Shown one piece after another: positions 62,595 through 64,000 of a stretch of DNA of 64,000 nt (the stretch's first letter is position 1; every line of letters starts with the position of its first letter). A program made the position numbers and the translations under genes. The stretch comes from Bacillales bacterium (GTDB lineage Bacteria > Bacillota > Bacilli > Bacillales > Amphibacillaceae), in assembly GCA_029257405.1 (NCBI GenBank), contig JARIBO010000041.1, positions 11,688-75,687 on the forward strand. The letters are read 5' to 3'. Below the pieces are notes generated by a model, which had not been told where the DNA came from, searched no databases, and saw nothing but the letters and a program-made list of their open reading frames with translations.

Positions 62595-63410
62595 ATGATT
62601 TTTATAATGATGATATTAGCTAGTTTACTTGCAGCTTTTTTAGGTAGTTTAGTAGGCTTAGGTGGCGGAATGATTCTTGTTCCAATACTTATATTATTAC
62701 ATAATAATGTGACAGGCTTTGAATGGGCAACAAACCAAGCTATTGTAGCTATTACGCTTGTAGCAATGATTTTTACTGCCTTATCTTCTTTGCGTGCTTA
62801 TTTAATCATTAAAACAGTCGATATTAAAACAGGAACTATTTTATTAACAGGAACGATTCCAGGAAGTATTTTAGGAACTTGGTTAAATGGCGTTCTTGAT
62901 ACGTCTAATTTTTCTTTATATTTTGGTATATTTTTAATATTAATGTTTTTATTACTTTTACTTGACCGAGAAAAATTAGGACAAGCAAGGAAACCTAAAC
63001 CAACAGACCGAATAAGAGAATTTGAAGTAAAAGGTGAAACGTATACCTATCATATCAGTATTCTTGTTGGTTTTTTTGTTTCATTTTTAATCGGAACACT
63101 TTCAGCACTGTTTGGTATAGGTGGAGGGATTATTGCAGTTCCTGCGATGATTATTTTATTTGGCATGCCCGTACATATTGCAATTGCAACTTCGATGTTT
63201 ATGGTCTTTTTTACAAGTTTGTTTAGTGCAACAACGCATGCTTTATCAGGTAATATTATTTGGGAATATGCGATATTCTTTATTATTGGAGCAATTATGG
63301 GTGGAACGCTTGGTTCACGCGTGAACCAGTTGTTAAAAGGTAAGGCATTAGAATGGATCTTAAGAATTTTAATATTAGTTATGGCAGGACAGTTAATTTT
63401 TGGAAATTAA
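62595..63410 (+). CDS. TauE/SafE-family anion exporter (YunE-like)
   Basis: Two-repeat 4-TM architecture with GLGGG and GIGGG motifs. Confidence 0.78.
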   Translation: MIFIMMILASLLAAFLGSLVGLGGGMILVPILILLHNNVTGFEWATNQAIVAITLVAMIFTALSSLRAYLIIKTVDIKTGTILLTGTIPGSILGTWLNGVLDTSNFSLYFGIFLILMFLLLLLDREKLGQARKPKPTDRIREFEVKGETYTYHISILVGFFVSFLIGTLSALFGIGGGIIAVPAMIILFGMPVHIAIATSMFMVFFTSLFSATTHALSGNIIWEYAIFFIIGAIMGGTLGSRVNQLLKGKALEWILRILILVMAGQLIFGN

Positions 63411-63422
63411 GGATGTGATTAA

Positions 63423-64000
63423 GTGGAAGAAAAAATATATCTTTATTATACAAACGATCTACACAGCTATTTTGTTAATTGGCCCAAAGTAGCAACGTTT
63501 ATGAAGCAAAAAAAAGAGAAAAGAAAAGTGTACGATGAAACATATAAGTTAATCGATATTGGCGACCACATGGACCGGGTAAGTTCAGTGACAGAAGGAA
63601 GTTTAGGTAAAGCTAATGTGGCTTTATTAAATGATCTTGGTTATGATCATGTAACAATTGGTAATAATGAAGGGATAACATTTCCACACGAAAATGTTTA
63701 TAAACTTTATGATGAAGCTGATTTTAATGTCATTTGTTCAAATTTAAATTGTGAAATTGACGCAAATCCAGATTGGTTAAAGAAATCATTTATTGATGAA
63801 ACAAAGTCAGGCGTTAAAATTGGTTATGTTGGTCTAACAGCTGCATTTAATCCTTATTATAATTTACTTGGCTGGCATGTTGATGGCTCAGCAGAAACGT
63901 TAAAACGTGAACTCACTAAACTGAAAGAAGAAGCAGATATTATCGTTTTACTTTCTCATGTCGGGATTAACGAAGACCGGGTTATAGCTGAAAACTTTCC
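63423..64000 (+). CDS. 3'-truncated bifunctional metallophosphatase/5'-nucleotidase (YunD-like)
   Basis: Calcineurin-like motifs YYTNDLHS, IGDHMD, GNNEG. GTG start. The ORF runs off the window end. Confidence 0.75.
   Translation, partial: MEEKIYLYYTNDLHSYFVNWPKVATFMKQKKEKRKVYDETYKLIDIGDHMDRVSSVTEGSLGKANVALLNDLGYDHVTIGNNEGITFPHENVYKLYDEADFNVICSNLNCEIDANPDWLKKSFIDETKSGVKIGYVGLTAAFNPYYNLLGWHVDGSAETLKRELTKLKEEADIIVLLSHVGINEDRVIAENF

Overview
AT-rich, densely coding chromosomal segment of a Bacillales-type Firmicute (Bacillaceae/Staphylococcaceae-like gene content and order). I support about 66 CDS, three of them absent from the ORF track. I recognise no rRNA, tRNA, CRISPR array, transposase, integrase or prophage gene. 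Left to right: (i) opuA osmoprotectant ABC operon with a duplicated binding-protein gene; (ii) a Zn-uptake operon znuA-znuC-znuB-zur that runs by overlapping stop/start codons into a crcB fluoride-channel pair; (iii) divergent csoR-copA-copZ; (iv) methylmalonyl-CoA mutase mutA-mutB-meaB; (v) fadN-fadA-fadE preceded by a FadR-type box; (vi) yusI-gcvH-yusF-yusE and sufCDSUB, matching the B. subtilis yus/yur gene order. The right edge (TauE/YunE-like, YunD-like) returns to that synteny. Between these anchors (about 29.7-62.5 kb) lies a lineage-specific mosaic of transporters, small-molecule enzymes and uncharacterised membrane or small proteins. Nothing looks like a canonical defence or mobile island. 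The best candidates for undescribed biology, all moderate confidence, are: a membrane-anchored double-HKD (PLD-fold) protein paired with an orphan P-loop NTPase (39.7-42.0 kb); a stand-alone COG2403/cyclic-2,3-diphosphoglycerate-synthetase-like protein (33.3-34.6 kb); the fusion of the zur regulon operon to crcB; an intrinsic terminator inside the opuA leader; a PucR-linked aminotransferase/dehydrogenase/PghP-like cluster (51.1-56.2 kb); and a string of coupled micro-ORFs behind an acyl-CoA ligase (44.8-45.7 kb). All family assignments come from motif recognition and memory, not from searches.
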